A stretch of DNA of 64,000 nucleotides, taken from positions 4,774,001-4,838,000 of the forward strand of contig OX597830.1 of assembly GCA_951406725.2 (NCBI GenBank), written 5' to 3'. Position numbers and translations under genes: made by a program. Below are positions 26,213 to 38,389 of the stretch, piece by piece (within the stretch, counting starts at the first letter, position 1; each line of letters starts with the position of its first letter). The notes beneath the pieces were generated by a model. It did no database searches, was not told where the DNA came from, and saw nothing but the letters and a program-made list of their open reading frames with translations. Source of the stretch: Octopus vulgaris (lineage: Eukaryota).

Positions 26213-29200
26213 CATTATGAAATTGACTATTATGTAAATAAATTCATTTTGCTGTGTTCAAACTCTTCATTTTCTTTATATTAGCTAAGTAAGTATGTAT
26301 GTATGTATAAATGTACATATAGGCAGTCATCTGTATGCTTATCTTTCAGTTCTCCTCTGCAACATTCTCTCATAGTGTGTTGGGGATAACAACAGAAGAC
26401 ACTTGACCAAATTTATTACACAGTTGGACTCATCCAAAAGTCATATGGCTATTATGTGTGCTTCTTAACCACACAGCCATGTCTGTGCCTACATAATTAC
26501 GTGTGTGTGTTGTGTGTGTGTGTGCATGTGTGTGTGGATATGTACTAGGCTTATAAAGAAAAAGTACTAGGCTCAATTCTTTCAACTAAAATTTCTTCAA
26601 GGCAGTGCCCCAGCATGGCCACAAGAAAAGGAAAAAGATGTGTGTGTGAAATCCTTTTTAACTGTCTGGAACTGAAATGAGTCTCACAATGCTGCTCCAG
26701 GAATCTGTTGTGTATGCATGTGTATGCATATGTGTGTACATACACACAAGCATATAAACATCTGAGTGTGTGTATTTGTGTATAACATAAATGTACACAC
26801 GTGCACATTAATGTATCTAGCATATATAGTTATATATACGCATACATGTTTTTTATATAGGTATATATTTATGCATGCATGTTGGGGCAAGGTATACCTA
26901 CATTTGTATACTTATATCTAAAAGGATATACAAAGCACACATACGCAGGCACACATTAAAAATCTTGACAACTCTAATTTGCCACAGTTGCTGATATCAG
27001 CTGTTGATTTTAGAAATTCTGTCTGTTATTTGACTCCCCTAGATCAACTCTGCTATTTATTTGCAGGTCAGCTGCCTTTTCAATCTAAATATATATGTTG
27101 CTGTTGACACAGTCTCACGTTTATTTTCTATTATCTACACAATCTAATCCACTTTATATTTTTGTTGTAGATTTTGTTTATACATTTTTTTCACAATGTA
27201 GTTTACAGTGATTTAGTTTATTCTCAAAACTGCTTCAAGAATCTAAAGTTACTTCCACTTTTAATAAATACACTTTCATAGTTACCGACATATATTATTT
27301 AAAAAGATTTTAGTTTTTCTTTCACACTATTTCCTGTTTGTTGTTATCCTCATCCTTTTAACATACATTGTTCCATGGTTGCACAAGTCAGACAGAGCTA
27401 ATTGAAGCAGATTTTCAACAGCCGGATGTCTTTTTCTGGCAGCAACCCTCACCTTTTCCCAGATTTCTCCATGGCCAGGATCAGAAATGAAATGACACTG
27501 CTTGTATAACAGTGATACTCACAACTATTATGCAAGACAAGGAGACACACACACACATACCTGATAGGCTTCTTCCAGTTTCCATCTATCATATCTATTC
27601 ACAAAGTATTGGTTGGCATTTGTCCAAGGTACCATGCAGTGAGACTGAATTGAAAAGCATGCAGTTGGGAAGCAGACTGCTACACCTGTCTTTTATTTGC
27701 TGATTTATAGATTTTGATGCAAAAATTAGTGCATTAAACCATTGTCTCATGGGTTCTTTTATTCGTTCGCTTGTTTCAGTCATTTGACTGTGGCCATGTT
27801 GAAGCACTGACTTTAGTTGAACAAATCGACCCCAGGACTTATTCTTTGTAAGCTTAGTACTTAATCTATCGGTCTCTTTTGCTGAACTGCTAAGTTATGG
27901 GGGTGTAAATGGTTGTCAAGCAATGGTGGGGAAACAAACATAGACACACATATGTATATACACGACGGGCTTCTTTCAGTTTCCATCTGCCAAATCCACT
28001 CACAAGGCTTTGGTCAGCCCAAGGCTATAGTTGAAGACACTTGCCCAAGGTGCCATGCAGTGGGACTGAACCCAGAACCATGAGGTTGGGAAGCAGGCTT
28101 CTTACCACACAACCACTCCTGTGCTTATATATTGTTAAAATGTCCACTTGCAACTCTGGTTTTGATCCCACAGCACCACAGCTTGCGGAAGTACTTTCCT
28201 ACAATAGTCTCAGTGTTGGGCAATACCCATTGTATATGTGTGTATGTACATCACCAACAGATTAACTGTTTTGCACTAAACCATCTGAAATTGCACCAGG
28301 TTCTATGATGTAAATCTCTTGTTTTAAAGTGTTGTAAATTAAAGCCTTCAAGTAAAATATGAAGTTAATTTGTTACAAATAGCTTAATACTGACAAAGTT
28401 ATTTTACTAAATTCTTTGTTAGTTTAAATTTAATTGAAACAAAGATCTCAATAGCAATACAGTAACAAAAGAATTAAACTTTGACAAGAAATTGTTTGTA
28501 AATTATGATGAAGCCGTGATTGGTTTATAAGCAACAAATTAAAGAAAAACATAAGTAAAAAAACAAAACAAGGCAATGCATACTTAATGTTAAGTGATTG
28601 TTATTGTCATCTCCAGGCTCTTAGAATTGCCTACATATTCCTCTCAACTCTGTTGATAACTGTACAACAATTCATATAAGATAAAGCTTTATAATTTTGT
28701 ATTTTCCTAAATGTCTTATAAATAATCAGGAAACATATTTCATAACTGATTGCATTTGATGAAAAATACTTCAGTTTTCTAAATGGATTTTAATAAATGC
28801 TATTTCGTTATTCCATAGTAATAATTTATCTATACGAGGTTTTTGTTTCTTTTATTTACTGCAAGTTAAATGTCTTCGTTTACTGACTGAAAAGATTTAT
28901 AAAAAGGTAGTTTTGGAATGATCTTATAAAGCTATTAGTGAGAGCTACTTTCTGAATCTGTGAAGAAGATTTTTATGAGGTGTTGCTTTCACATGTGTAC
29001 ATTTAATGTTATCAAACAAATAATTTGTCATTTGTTGGACCACAAGGAAAGCAAATAACAGAAAACAAAGTGTATGGTTTATGGAATCTGGTTTTGTATT
29101 TAGGAAATGAAAATATTTTACAGGATCAATTCCTTTGATTAACATAAAGGGATCAAGCCAATTACTAATTAATTTCAGTTTTATTTTGAAACTATTAAAA

Positions 29201-30369
29201 AGTATCATTGGCTACAGGTTTCTAATGGGCTGTCCATTATATGATGGTGAGAATAACAAGTGTCTGTAACTCAGTGTAGAAGAAATATCCTTATGACACT
29301 TACAAGCTGTCACTTCTAATTCAAGGGACATATGTACATGTAGCTGGCTTCAATATGTTGCTAGGGTATTCAACTGACCAATGGAAGTCCAAGCATTCTC
29401 ACCCAGAAGTCATGTTAAAATATTCCTTTGTAGCACTGACTGCATACATCTGAGGATGTAGACAAGTATCTATGCCTATGAAACTTTAAACAAATCCGTT
29501 ATGAAATACTTCAATTCCTACTAAATGTGTAGAGTGCTACTTTCTTTCATCACAGAAGTGGACAGAATGATTATGATGACATACATATACACATACATAC
29601 ATCCAGATGAGCATGGCTGTATGGTTAAGCAGTATACTGACTGACTACACAGTTTTGGGTCCAGCCCTACAGCACAGTGTCTAAAGCAAATCTTTTCTAC
29701 TGTAGCTGTGGGCTGTCCAAAGCCTTGTGATTGGAACTATTAAAGAGAAACTGAAAGAAACCTATCATACATATGCATCTTTGAAACGCTTTAACTGAGG
29801 AAGTTTATGTAATGGATGCATTTTCTATTATATATTATGCAAACCTAAACAAGCATGTTAAATGAGTTCAAAATACCAGCATTTAGTAGGTGGGGGGGCG
29901 CACATGTGCATCACCTTATCTTAATAATATGTGATAACTGGAAGCAAGATTGCCAACATCATACGAGCAGTGTCCTTTATTTTCAGTTTTCCAAGGAAAC
30001 ATATCCAGCCATGTAGAAATATTACCTTATTTGAAAACAGGTAAGGGCTGGCAAGAAGAAAGGCATTAGGCCATAGAAAGTTTGCCTTAATGAACTCCAT
30101 CTGACCCATGCAAGCATGGGAAACTGGACACTAGAACAATGGTGATGATGATGAGGACGACGATGGCATATGTGTGTCTATGTGCGTATATAAAGGAAAA
30201 AAAAAATATTTCAAACCAATTTGGGTTAAAAGTAAACAAAGTAAAACTAAATGACAATTTGTTGAGAAATCACAAAATATAGAGAAAACTAAAGCAGAAA
30301 AAAAAAAAATTGCAGTGCCTTTGTAATACAGCATAATATGATTGGCAATATTTGCCTGACAATCATGTA

Positions 30370-30416
<47 letters not shown>

Positions 30417-30680
30417 ACAGTAACAACTATAGATTATTTTCATTGTAAACTCTGTTATCAGAAGGTGTTCTTTTGCATGATAGCATTCTTGGAAACTAGA
30501 TATATTTTTCTCCTACCCCCCTCCCACGAATTAGTTTCACATCAGTTCCTTCTAAATCAACCAGCTGTCACAATATAATGTTTGATCTACACATTCTCAT
30601 ATATCATTTCTCACAGTTCATTGATTACATAAAAATATAAGCAGAGAAACAAGGTAAGATGGTCTGAATAAAACAGGTAA

Positions 30681-30682
<2 letters not shown>

Positions 30683-30729
<47 letters not shown>

Positions 30730-30953
30730 TACATATATACATGTGAATGTGTGTATGTGTCTATATACATATCTATACACACACACACATGTGAATGTGT
30801 GTATATATATGTATATACACGTCTATGCACACATAATACATAAATATAGGTGTGTGTATATAAATATACACACACACACACACACATATATATACACACA
30901 CACATATATGTTACATATATATATATATACACACACACACATATGTTACATAC

Positions 30954-31001
<48 letters not shown>

Positions 31002-31075
31002 CACATGTATGCATGTAACACACATGTGTATGCATATATATATATATATATATAATACCTATATAGATATATATG
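30683..31075. repeat. Compound (TA)/(CA)/(TG) low-complexity tract
   Basis: Direct inspection. Confidence 0.95.
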
Positions 31076-32339
31076 TGAATAGTTTGAGTAAGAAATATTT
31101 TGAAATTGAGGGCATATTTCATATGGTATATATTCTCTGGAATTTGAAATAGAGTACAAAATAGAAAAATTATATAACAAGACTCAAGAAAAGTTTAGAT
31201 TTAATCTAGACGCACACTGTGTGGTAGACAGGTTGATATTTAAGTGTAAATATAACCTGGCAGCTGGTAGAGCACTGAAGAGCGGAGAATATAAGTAATG
31301 GGTTGTTTGTGTTTTTGCTAATAAACAGAAAGATGCTGCCACACCCCAGCAATAGGATCTCTGATTTAATTGCTTTCTCTATCTTACACACACACACACA
31401 TATACATTGCATATATTCGTACATATACACACATAAGTGCATATATACATAGACATTATATACATACACACACACATCAACAAACAAGCATGTATGTATG
31501 TGTGTGTGTGTATCTTTGCCATTATGTTAAATTGTATGTCCAAATTTGACCAAATGCTTTTTTTTTTTTTTCAATATTTATTTTTGCTTGCAATAGCCGG
31601 TTCTTTTGGGCAAACTGTCGTATATCCAGCTGCTTCAGATGCCAAGATATCAAAAACTGTCAAAGTGTAGTACAACGGTTTTGCTATGGAATGGTGAAAC
31701 TATTTTTCCATTTCCTGATAAAACAACATTTTGGACTTTCAACACTTTTGCACATTAGTAACGATATATATATATATATACACCCTAAGGCCACTATTAT
31801 TCAGAGTTAGCCATGCATCAACATCTGCAAAGACACTCCTTATGCCAGGGCAAGATCTCTTTATTGCAAAACCACATCAAACATTTTCCAAGTTGGTCTT
31901 GAATTAAAAAAACAAGTTTACACACTGGAAGGACAATTCTGTAGTTATTACAAAATATTCGGTTGAGATCTGAAAAAAAAAACAAGAGAAAGTATATCAC
32001 CCTGGATCATGATGTCTGCTCTGTTGATAACGAGTTGTTAGAATGAGAGTTAAATGCTGCAAAGTGAGAATGTAGTTTGCATGACAGCGATTCTCCACAA
32101 TCTGAAACTTGGCACCCAAAACATGCCTGCTTATAAGCCTCATTAGGAGACATTCTAGAAGATTCAAGAAGATTGCATCCTGTGATCTCTCAATACTGAT
32201 TGGTTGTTTAATCAGCCAATCACATGAAATGGCAATTACTAAGCCATTGCTTTTACTTGGCAATTTGTCGATTCAGTTTCAAATCTGCTACATGTAACTC
32301 AAACTAATATGTACTGACTTGCAAGAATTAGACAACTTT

Positions 32340-32760
32340 TCTCAAACACTGCATCTTGCCATGCATCATTCATTCATTAACTCCATTGTGAGATCCAACA
32401 TCTTGGGATCAGTTTCCAACAAGTCTTCCCCTTCCACATATTGCATCCTCTAGGAACAAAAACATGTCTTTATACAATGGTCAACCTCTTTATACATCCT
32501 ATGTCTATACTAACACAGTCTCCTCTTTTGCATACCACATTTGATTCCTCACATATCTGCCCTAGGTTTTCACTCAGCTCATTTGTGCTCCGTTATTCAC
32601 ACCAACTAACATTACACATTCATCTCTTTTCTTTCCAGCCTCTGCTGTCAATGTCACATGTTTTACTTCTATGTAACATTGTAACTCCAGAGACAAACAC
32701 GGCTCAGTCTATTCTTCACCAAGAGACATCCTTGTGACTAGCAAAAATAACTCCCTGGAC
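32340..32760 (-). mobile_element. Decayed RTE-clade LINE 3' fragment
   Basis: Minus strand MCNVS..STNELSENLG..GIKCGMQKRRLC..ICGRGR, homologous to the 50925-51190 fragment. Confidence 0.65.
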
Positions 32761-33380
32761 TTTATTTGCACACATGCCTGCAACCGGTCTTATTTTGGGT
32801 AGCATACTTTCAGCTATTTCTATGGATCTTTCTGACAATTCAAAAGAATTTATTTCCTAAGCTCACTTGTTGTTAACCCCTTGTTCTGCTCCAAATGCAC
32901 ACAAAGCCAGCTTTGTCTGCCCTGATATGAGACTCTGTCACCCTTCATGATGACCAAAATCAGTCATCAAAGTACTTCACATGAATCCCTCATAAAAATG
33001 GCTATTTTGCTCATTTATCAGAGTTGATTGCAGTGTGTATGCTAAAACAACTGTTTCTCACAACATACAATTATGTAATACATAAACACAAATATACATA
33101 TAGAGACATATATACACACACATAATTACATAGATGCACACAAATATTCACACATATAAATGCACATACATATGTACAGATATATCAGTGTGTATACTCA
33201 TATATATATATAGATGTGTGTGTGTGTCTATTGCATGAAACTAGTTAATTTGATTGAATTGTCTAATTAATTTATGAATATGGTGACAGCTAAAATCTTT
33301 GGCTATATCCCATAAGTCATTGTGTGTGTGTGTGTGTGTGTGTGTGCGTAAGCCTCATCAGCCCAATGCACTTCTATTCA

Positions 33381-33970
33381 GTAACCAAGATAGACTTTGA
33401 TAAAATTGCTGATAGCTAATTTATTACACAGAAAGAACAAACAAGCCGACCAATTCAGTGTTAAAGCAAGAACTACCATTAGCTTTACATTATTTCTAAC
33501 ATTGCAAAATCTTCACATTCCAAAGCTACTAATGCAAGAAATGTGTTCACAAAGCCACTAGTGGACAAGAATTGGCTTTAAGAACAACAACATTCTGAGG
33601 ACTGGTGCATGTTGAGAAAGTCCAATATCAATGAGAGGCTTATACGAGAGCCAATCCTGCCATGTATGAGGATACAGTAAGAAAAATAAAGATGGTTAGA
33701 AAATTCTGTGAAGAATTCAAGGCACTATGTTTAAATTCTTAGTCTTCGTTTATTGGTTATAGTTATTGAAGAATTACTGCACAGGTGCATATCTCAAAGA
33801 CCCTGAGAACTACTTTATGTTAACAACTTGTTCTTCCTGGCAAAACTTGCTGAAGAGCTGTAAAGAAGAATTCATAAGAATATTCTACAGTCTGAAGACT
33901 TAATTTACTAAAAGAAGACTTAAAATCTTAGGATCTGATGAAAAGTGGCTTTCCTTGATATGCATGAATG
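33381..33970 (+). mobile_element. Highly decayed Penelope-like element: GIY-YIG endonuclease remnant followed by a CTGATGA box
   Basis: Across frameshifts: VTKIDF..C..YYTERTNKP..LKQE..IGFKNNNIL..KSNINERLIREPIL, compared with PLE VYKI.C..C..YIGQT.R..R..EH..IDF.N..IL..E.N...RLIKEAI. CTGATGA-AAAG tgg CTTT follows at 33935. Confidence 0.45.
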
Positions 33971-34025
33971 TGTGAAAATATATGAATGATGTCTATAATA
34001 AGGTGCATATGTATGTAGAGGTGTG

Positions 34026-34062
<37 letters not shown>

Positions 34063-35104
34063 CTTGTCTTGTAATTGGTATCTCTGTCAGTACTGCTGCC
34101 ATGTAAGAAACACCCAGTACTGTCTGTAATCTGGTTGGCATTAGGAAGGGCATCCAATTGTAGAAACCATGACAAATCAATAGAACTCCTCTCAAACCAT
34201 CCAACCCATGCCAGCATAGAAAACAGAAATTAAATGATGATAATGATGATGATGATCTTTAATATATATATATATGCATAAATGAATGTTTGTGTGTATA
34301 AATGTAAATATATGCACACGTATGTATAACATATGTGTGCCTATGTATACATGTGCATACATATATGAATGTATATGTAAGTTAGTGTGCTTCTGTACAA
34401 ATGCATCTTTACGAGTGAATATATATCAGTATATATGTGCAGACATATGAATGTATGTATGTGTGCATGTATATGATGCTTGTCTATAAAGTTATTAGCC
34501 AGTTACATTATTACTCATTACTTTTATTGATTGCTGTCTACGTCATATTTCATGTAAATTAGGTTTAAATTATATTTATTTTATGCCTTTTCATTTCATG
34601 GCAGTTCTATGTTATATAACATAGAAGCAATATAGAATAAAATATTGTGACTAGGAACACAGTGAAGCACAAGTAGAAGGTTTGAACTCACAACCAATGA
34701 CTAGAAAGTTTCATTTTTTATCTACTTGCCTATCTTATTTCTATTGTTGCTTTATTACCTTTAGAGACACTTGAGCCAGTACGCTTAGAGAATTGCATCT
34801 TGTTACCTTATTTCACTTTAATAGACTTTTAAGGAGAAATGTCTTTTACGGAAATGTCTAAGTATGTATTAAGGAGTGTTTCACAAAATGTCACCAAGCA
34901 CTTGATTATCTGAATTTGGCTGTAGAACCTAATAAAGCTGTAAGATGATTTCAAAAATGCCTTCTTTTATACTTTTTTTTTTTAGAGTTCCTTCAGAAGA
35001 AATTGAATAAGTCTTCTAATCTTACTGTCTTTTTTTTAAGGGTGGGAACTAAAACAAATGTTATTTGATTAGCTAGAGTGAACTTACTCCATAATATTAC
35101 CTCT

Positions 35105-35425
35105 GCTGAGCTGAAAATGTGTGACAGTGCAACATTTCTTTACAATACAGAGTTGAGAAAGTGTGATACTATCAGCTCTGGTATATACCCCATCTATCTG
35201 AAAATATATAAGTGTATCAGGTATGTGATGTACCCTGTCTATCTGAAAATATGTGACAGTGTCAGGTACGTCATGTACCTTGTTTATCTGAAAATGGGTG
35301 ACAGTGTCAGGTATGTGATGTACCCTGTCTATCTGAAAATATCTGATATTAAAAGCACTGTGATGTACCTTACATACCTGAAAATATGTCATGACACATC
35401 TACATCGTATCCCGTCTATCACACA
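35105..35425 (+). repeat. 45-bp minisatellite (~7 diverged copies) with an open 15-aa repeat frame
   Basis: ctgaaaat at 35198, 35243, 35288, 35333 and 35378 (45-bp period), plus diverged copies near 35111 and 35153. Plus frame YPVYLKICDSVRYVM. Confidence 0.9.
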
Positions 35426-35520
35426 GCTTAAGATAAAAGCATTACATAAGTAGCTTTTTGACCTGGATTTTCTTTTTTCAATTGATGTATTACCATTAAT
35501 GACATATCAAATGAATAGTA

Positions 35521-35551
<31 letters not shown>

Positions 35552-35748
35552 CTGTGGAATTGATTATACCATTTCTGTTCGATTTTCTAAGATATAATGA
35601 ATAAATAAAGTGTCACCTTGAATTGATCTTGCTGTTTATCTGCTCCACACTTCAATTACTATCAAAATCACAATTGATATCCTCTCACCTATTTATGTGT
35701 GTAGGAGGTGAACATTAAAATTACATGACAGCTCTCAAATCTATGAAG

Positions 35749-35816
<68 letters not shown>

Positions 35817-37353
35817 GTGTAACTCGTGAATTGTTTTCAAAATACAATATGGAGCTAATGTTCCCCTCACATTAACTCGAAAAACTTTATACAACAACAG
35901 CAACAACAAAAAAGAAAACACAAACTAAACACACACACAAAAATGCTTCATTTGTTACGATGTGTCAGGAATCTAAAAAAGTTTGCATCAATGCATTTCA
36001 TTTCAAGTCATGAAATCATAAGATAACAACATATGTCAATAAAGACAGAAATAATAACTATTTTGTACAAGAATACCTACTATTTCTAGTCTATTCATTC
36101 ATATGATTATATTCTTCATCTCTTCAAGTGGAATAGAATCAATAATGGTAATATAAAGCTTTCTTACACTTCTTTATTATTAGTAGTTTTTTTTTTCTTT
36201 CTTTTTTTTTTTACATTTTGGTAAAGCAAGCTGCTTGCTAAAATAGGTGCAGCAAATAGGCCTGAAGGAATCTCTTCTATAAAATATTAATAATGAAGAA
36301 AATATTTCAATAGCTGCAAGCCAATTGTTATTTTCTCTTGTTTTCAATTGCTGAAGGGTCAAATAAAATGTAAAACCTGCATTCAGACGTTAGCATTGAA
36401 AATAAAAATTTATATTCTTTTGATATTTTACTATAAACTATATATTTCTTTTCACACATCCCAAAATAATCACATAGGATTTAGGAATATATCTACTTTC
36501 ATTTTTTGCTTTGTCTTTCTTTTTTTTTATTTACACCGTTAAGTTAAACTTAGCTTTCAAGAATCTTATTTTCTTGTCAGTCAAAAATATACATTCAGTA
36601 ATCCTATCTTAGCCATTTCATATTGCAACATATGGAAATTTACTTTTAGATTTGGCCTTTAAGCCATCTCAACTGTAAGGAAGCGATATTTATTTGAATT
36701 TTAGATTATTATTCAATATATTTTCATCTAAGTAATTTTAGGCATCATCAGAATTAATAAAATTTCAAATCCATTTTATTTTGTATTTGTTGATTTTATT
36801 CTAAACTTTTGAAATCTAATAACAAATTCACTTAGTTGATATTGATATTTCAAAAATTATTTTTGGCTTAATGTTTTAATGAACCTTATGATACAAATGA
36901 AGATGTTACTAGTCACCTAACAGTATTGCTGCATGTAAATAGAATATTCTAGCATTCTTTAAGAGTTTGCTACTTAAAAGTGAAAGTTTGTGCAAAGAAT
37001 ATTTTTACCATTTCTAAGATGACAAAATCTGTTAATGTAACCAAAAGTTGTGTTAGTCTTCCTTAGATTATTTTAACTATATGTAGTTTACATTTGAAAA
37101 TTGTCTTCAGGTAAAGTCTTCCATTTGTTTCAATCACTAGAAAGCAGCCATGCTGGAGCAGCACATCTTGAAGAGTTTAATCAAGCAACTTGACCTTAGC
37201 GTTTATTTCTTTTATGTCCAGCGCCCTTATTCTGTTAGTTTCCCATCACAAATCAATAAGTTATGAGGACACAAACAAACACCAGTGTGGGGACAAAGAA
37301 AGACATGCACATACATACATGTACACATACACATATATATATATACATACATA

Positions 37354-37385
<32 letters not shown>

Positions 37386-37565
37386 CATATATAAACATAT
37401 ATATATATATATATATATAAAAGCAATAAAGATTCAAGTTAATTTAAATGAATTTACTTGAATATGGTACCTAATTTAGATGCACCAAAAAAAACTATAC
37501 TGATTTAACAATACAGTAATGTGGGGTGATTATAAGTGAGAATGAAGCAACAAGAATGGATAGGT

Positions 37566-37656
37566 TTTTAGTACAATCGTTTCATACAAGGACAGGTTTT
37601 ATTAAAAGTTGTAAAAATTACAGCATATAAACGTGTCCCATACTCATCAGCTAAAA
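37566..37656 (-). ncRNA. Type-I hammerhead ribozyme (antisense twin of 38004-38094)
   Basis: Minus strand ttttagCTGATGAgtatgggaca..tgtccttgtatGAAAcgattGTActaaaa; core intact. Confidence 0.78.
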
Positions 37657-38003
37657 TACATGTGAGTTCTCTAGACATCCTAGATACAAAGGATTAATTC
37701 ACCCTCTCTGTAATGCTAATAAGCAGGAATTGAAACCCACCTCGTTGTAATTAACAATGGATAAATTTGTCTTCTGTGAGTATGTAATCCCTCATCATAT
37801 CTCTGGAAATTCATATGTGCACTATGGATTATGTCACCTCCTCTGTGATGCTATTAAGACTTTTTTAAAATTCTGTGATAAGACTGTACATCATCTTTAA
37901 AGAACTTTAATGAACTTTTGAAATCTGTTTATGTTACTTAATTATCTACATTACTTCATGAGTATAGCCTCAACCACTAGGATGTCTAGAGAACTCACAT
38001 GTA

Positions 38004-38094
38004 TTTTAGCTGATGAGTACGGGACACGTTTATATGCTGTAATTTTTGCAACTTTTAATAAAACCTGTCATTGTATGAAACGATTGTACTAAAA
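38004..38094 (+). ncRNA. Type-I hammerhead ribozyme with long stem II
   Basis: Stem I TTTTAG(38004-9)/CTAAAA(38089-94); CTGATGA 38010-16; stem II GTACgggaca..tgtc(a)ttGTAT; GAAA 38077-80; helix III AC-gatt-GT; cleavage triplet GUA (38086-88). Confidence 0.8.
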
Positions 38095-38124
38095 ACCTAT
38101 CCATTCTTGTTGCTTCATTCTCGC

Positions 38125-38177
<53 letters not shown>

Positions 38178-38218
38178 TATATACATATATATCTTCTCTG
38201 GATCTTTCCTTCTCCTAT

Positions 38219-38253
38219 GTTTCTGACGAAGAGCTCCACTCGAAACGTTAAAC
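38219..38253 (+). ncRNA. Minimal type-I hammerhead ribozyme (PLE-type, palindromic helix III)
   Basis: GTTT-CTGACGA-A-GAG ctcca CTC-GAA-ACGT-T-AAAC: stem I GTTT/AAAC, stem II GAG/CTC, ACGT palindrome. It lies in a ~150-bp insert (38192-38340) flanked by (TA)n. Confidence 0.8.
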
Positions 38254-38336
38254 CCTCCTTCTTTACTGAGCATCCAATAATACTATATTTGTTCCACGTC
38301 CTTGCGTTGTGTTTTTTTGTGCTTTCTTGTTTGGAT

Positions 38337-38389
<53 letters not shown>

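Larger units (their letters stand above)
37419..38125. mobile_element. Young inverted pseudo-LTR-like element in (TA)n with a hammerhead ribozyme in each arm
   Basis: Arms 37535-37683 and 37977-38125 are reverse complements (149 bp, 4 differences counted), with a ~290-bp spacer and (TA)n on both outer sides. Confidence 0.85.
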
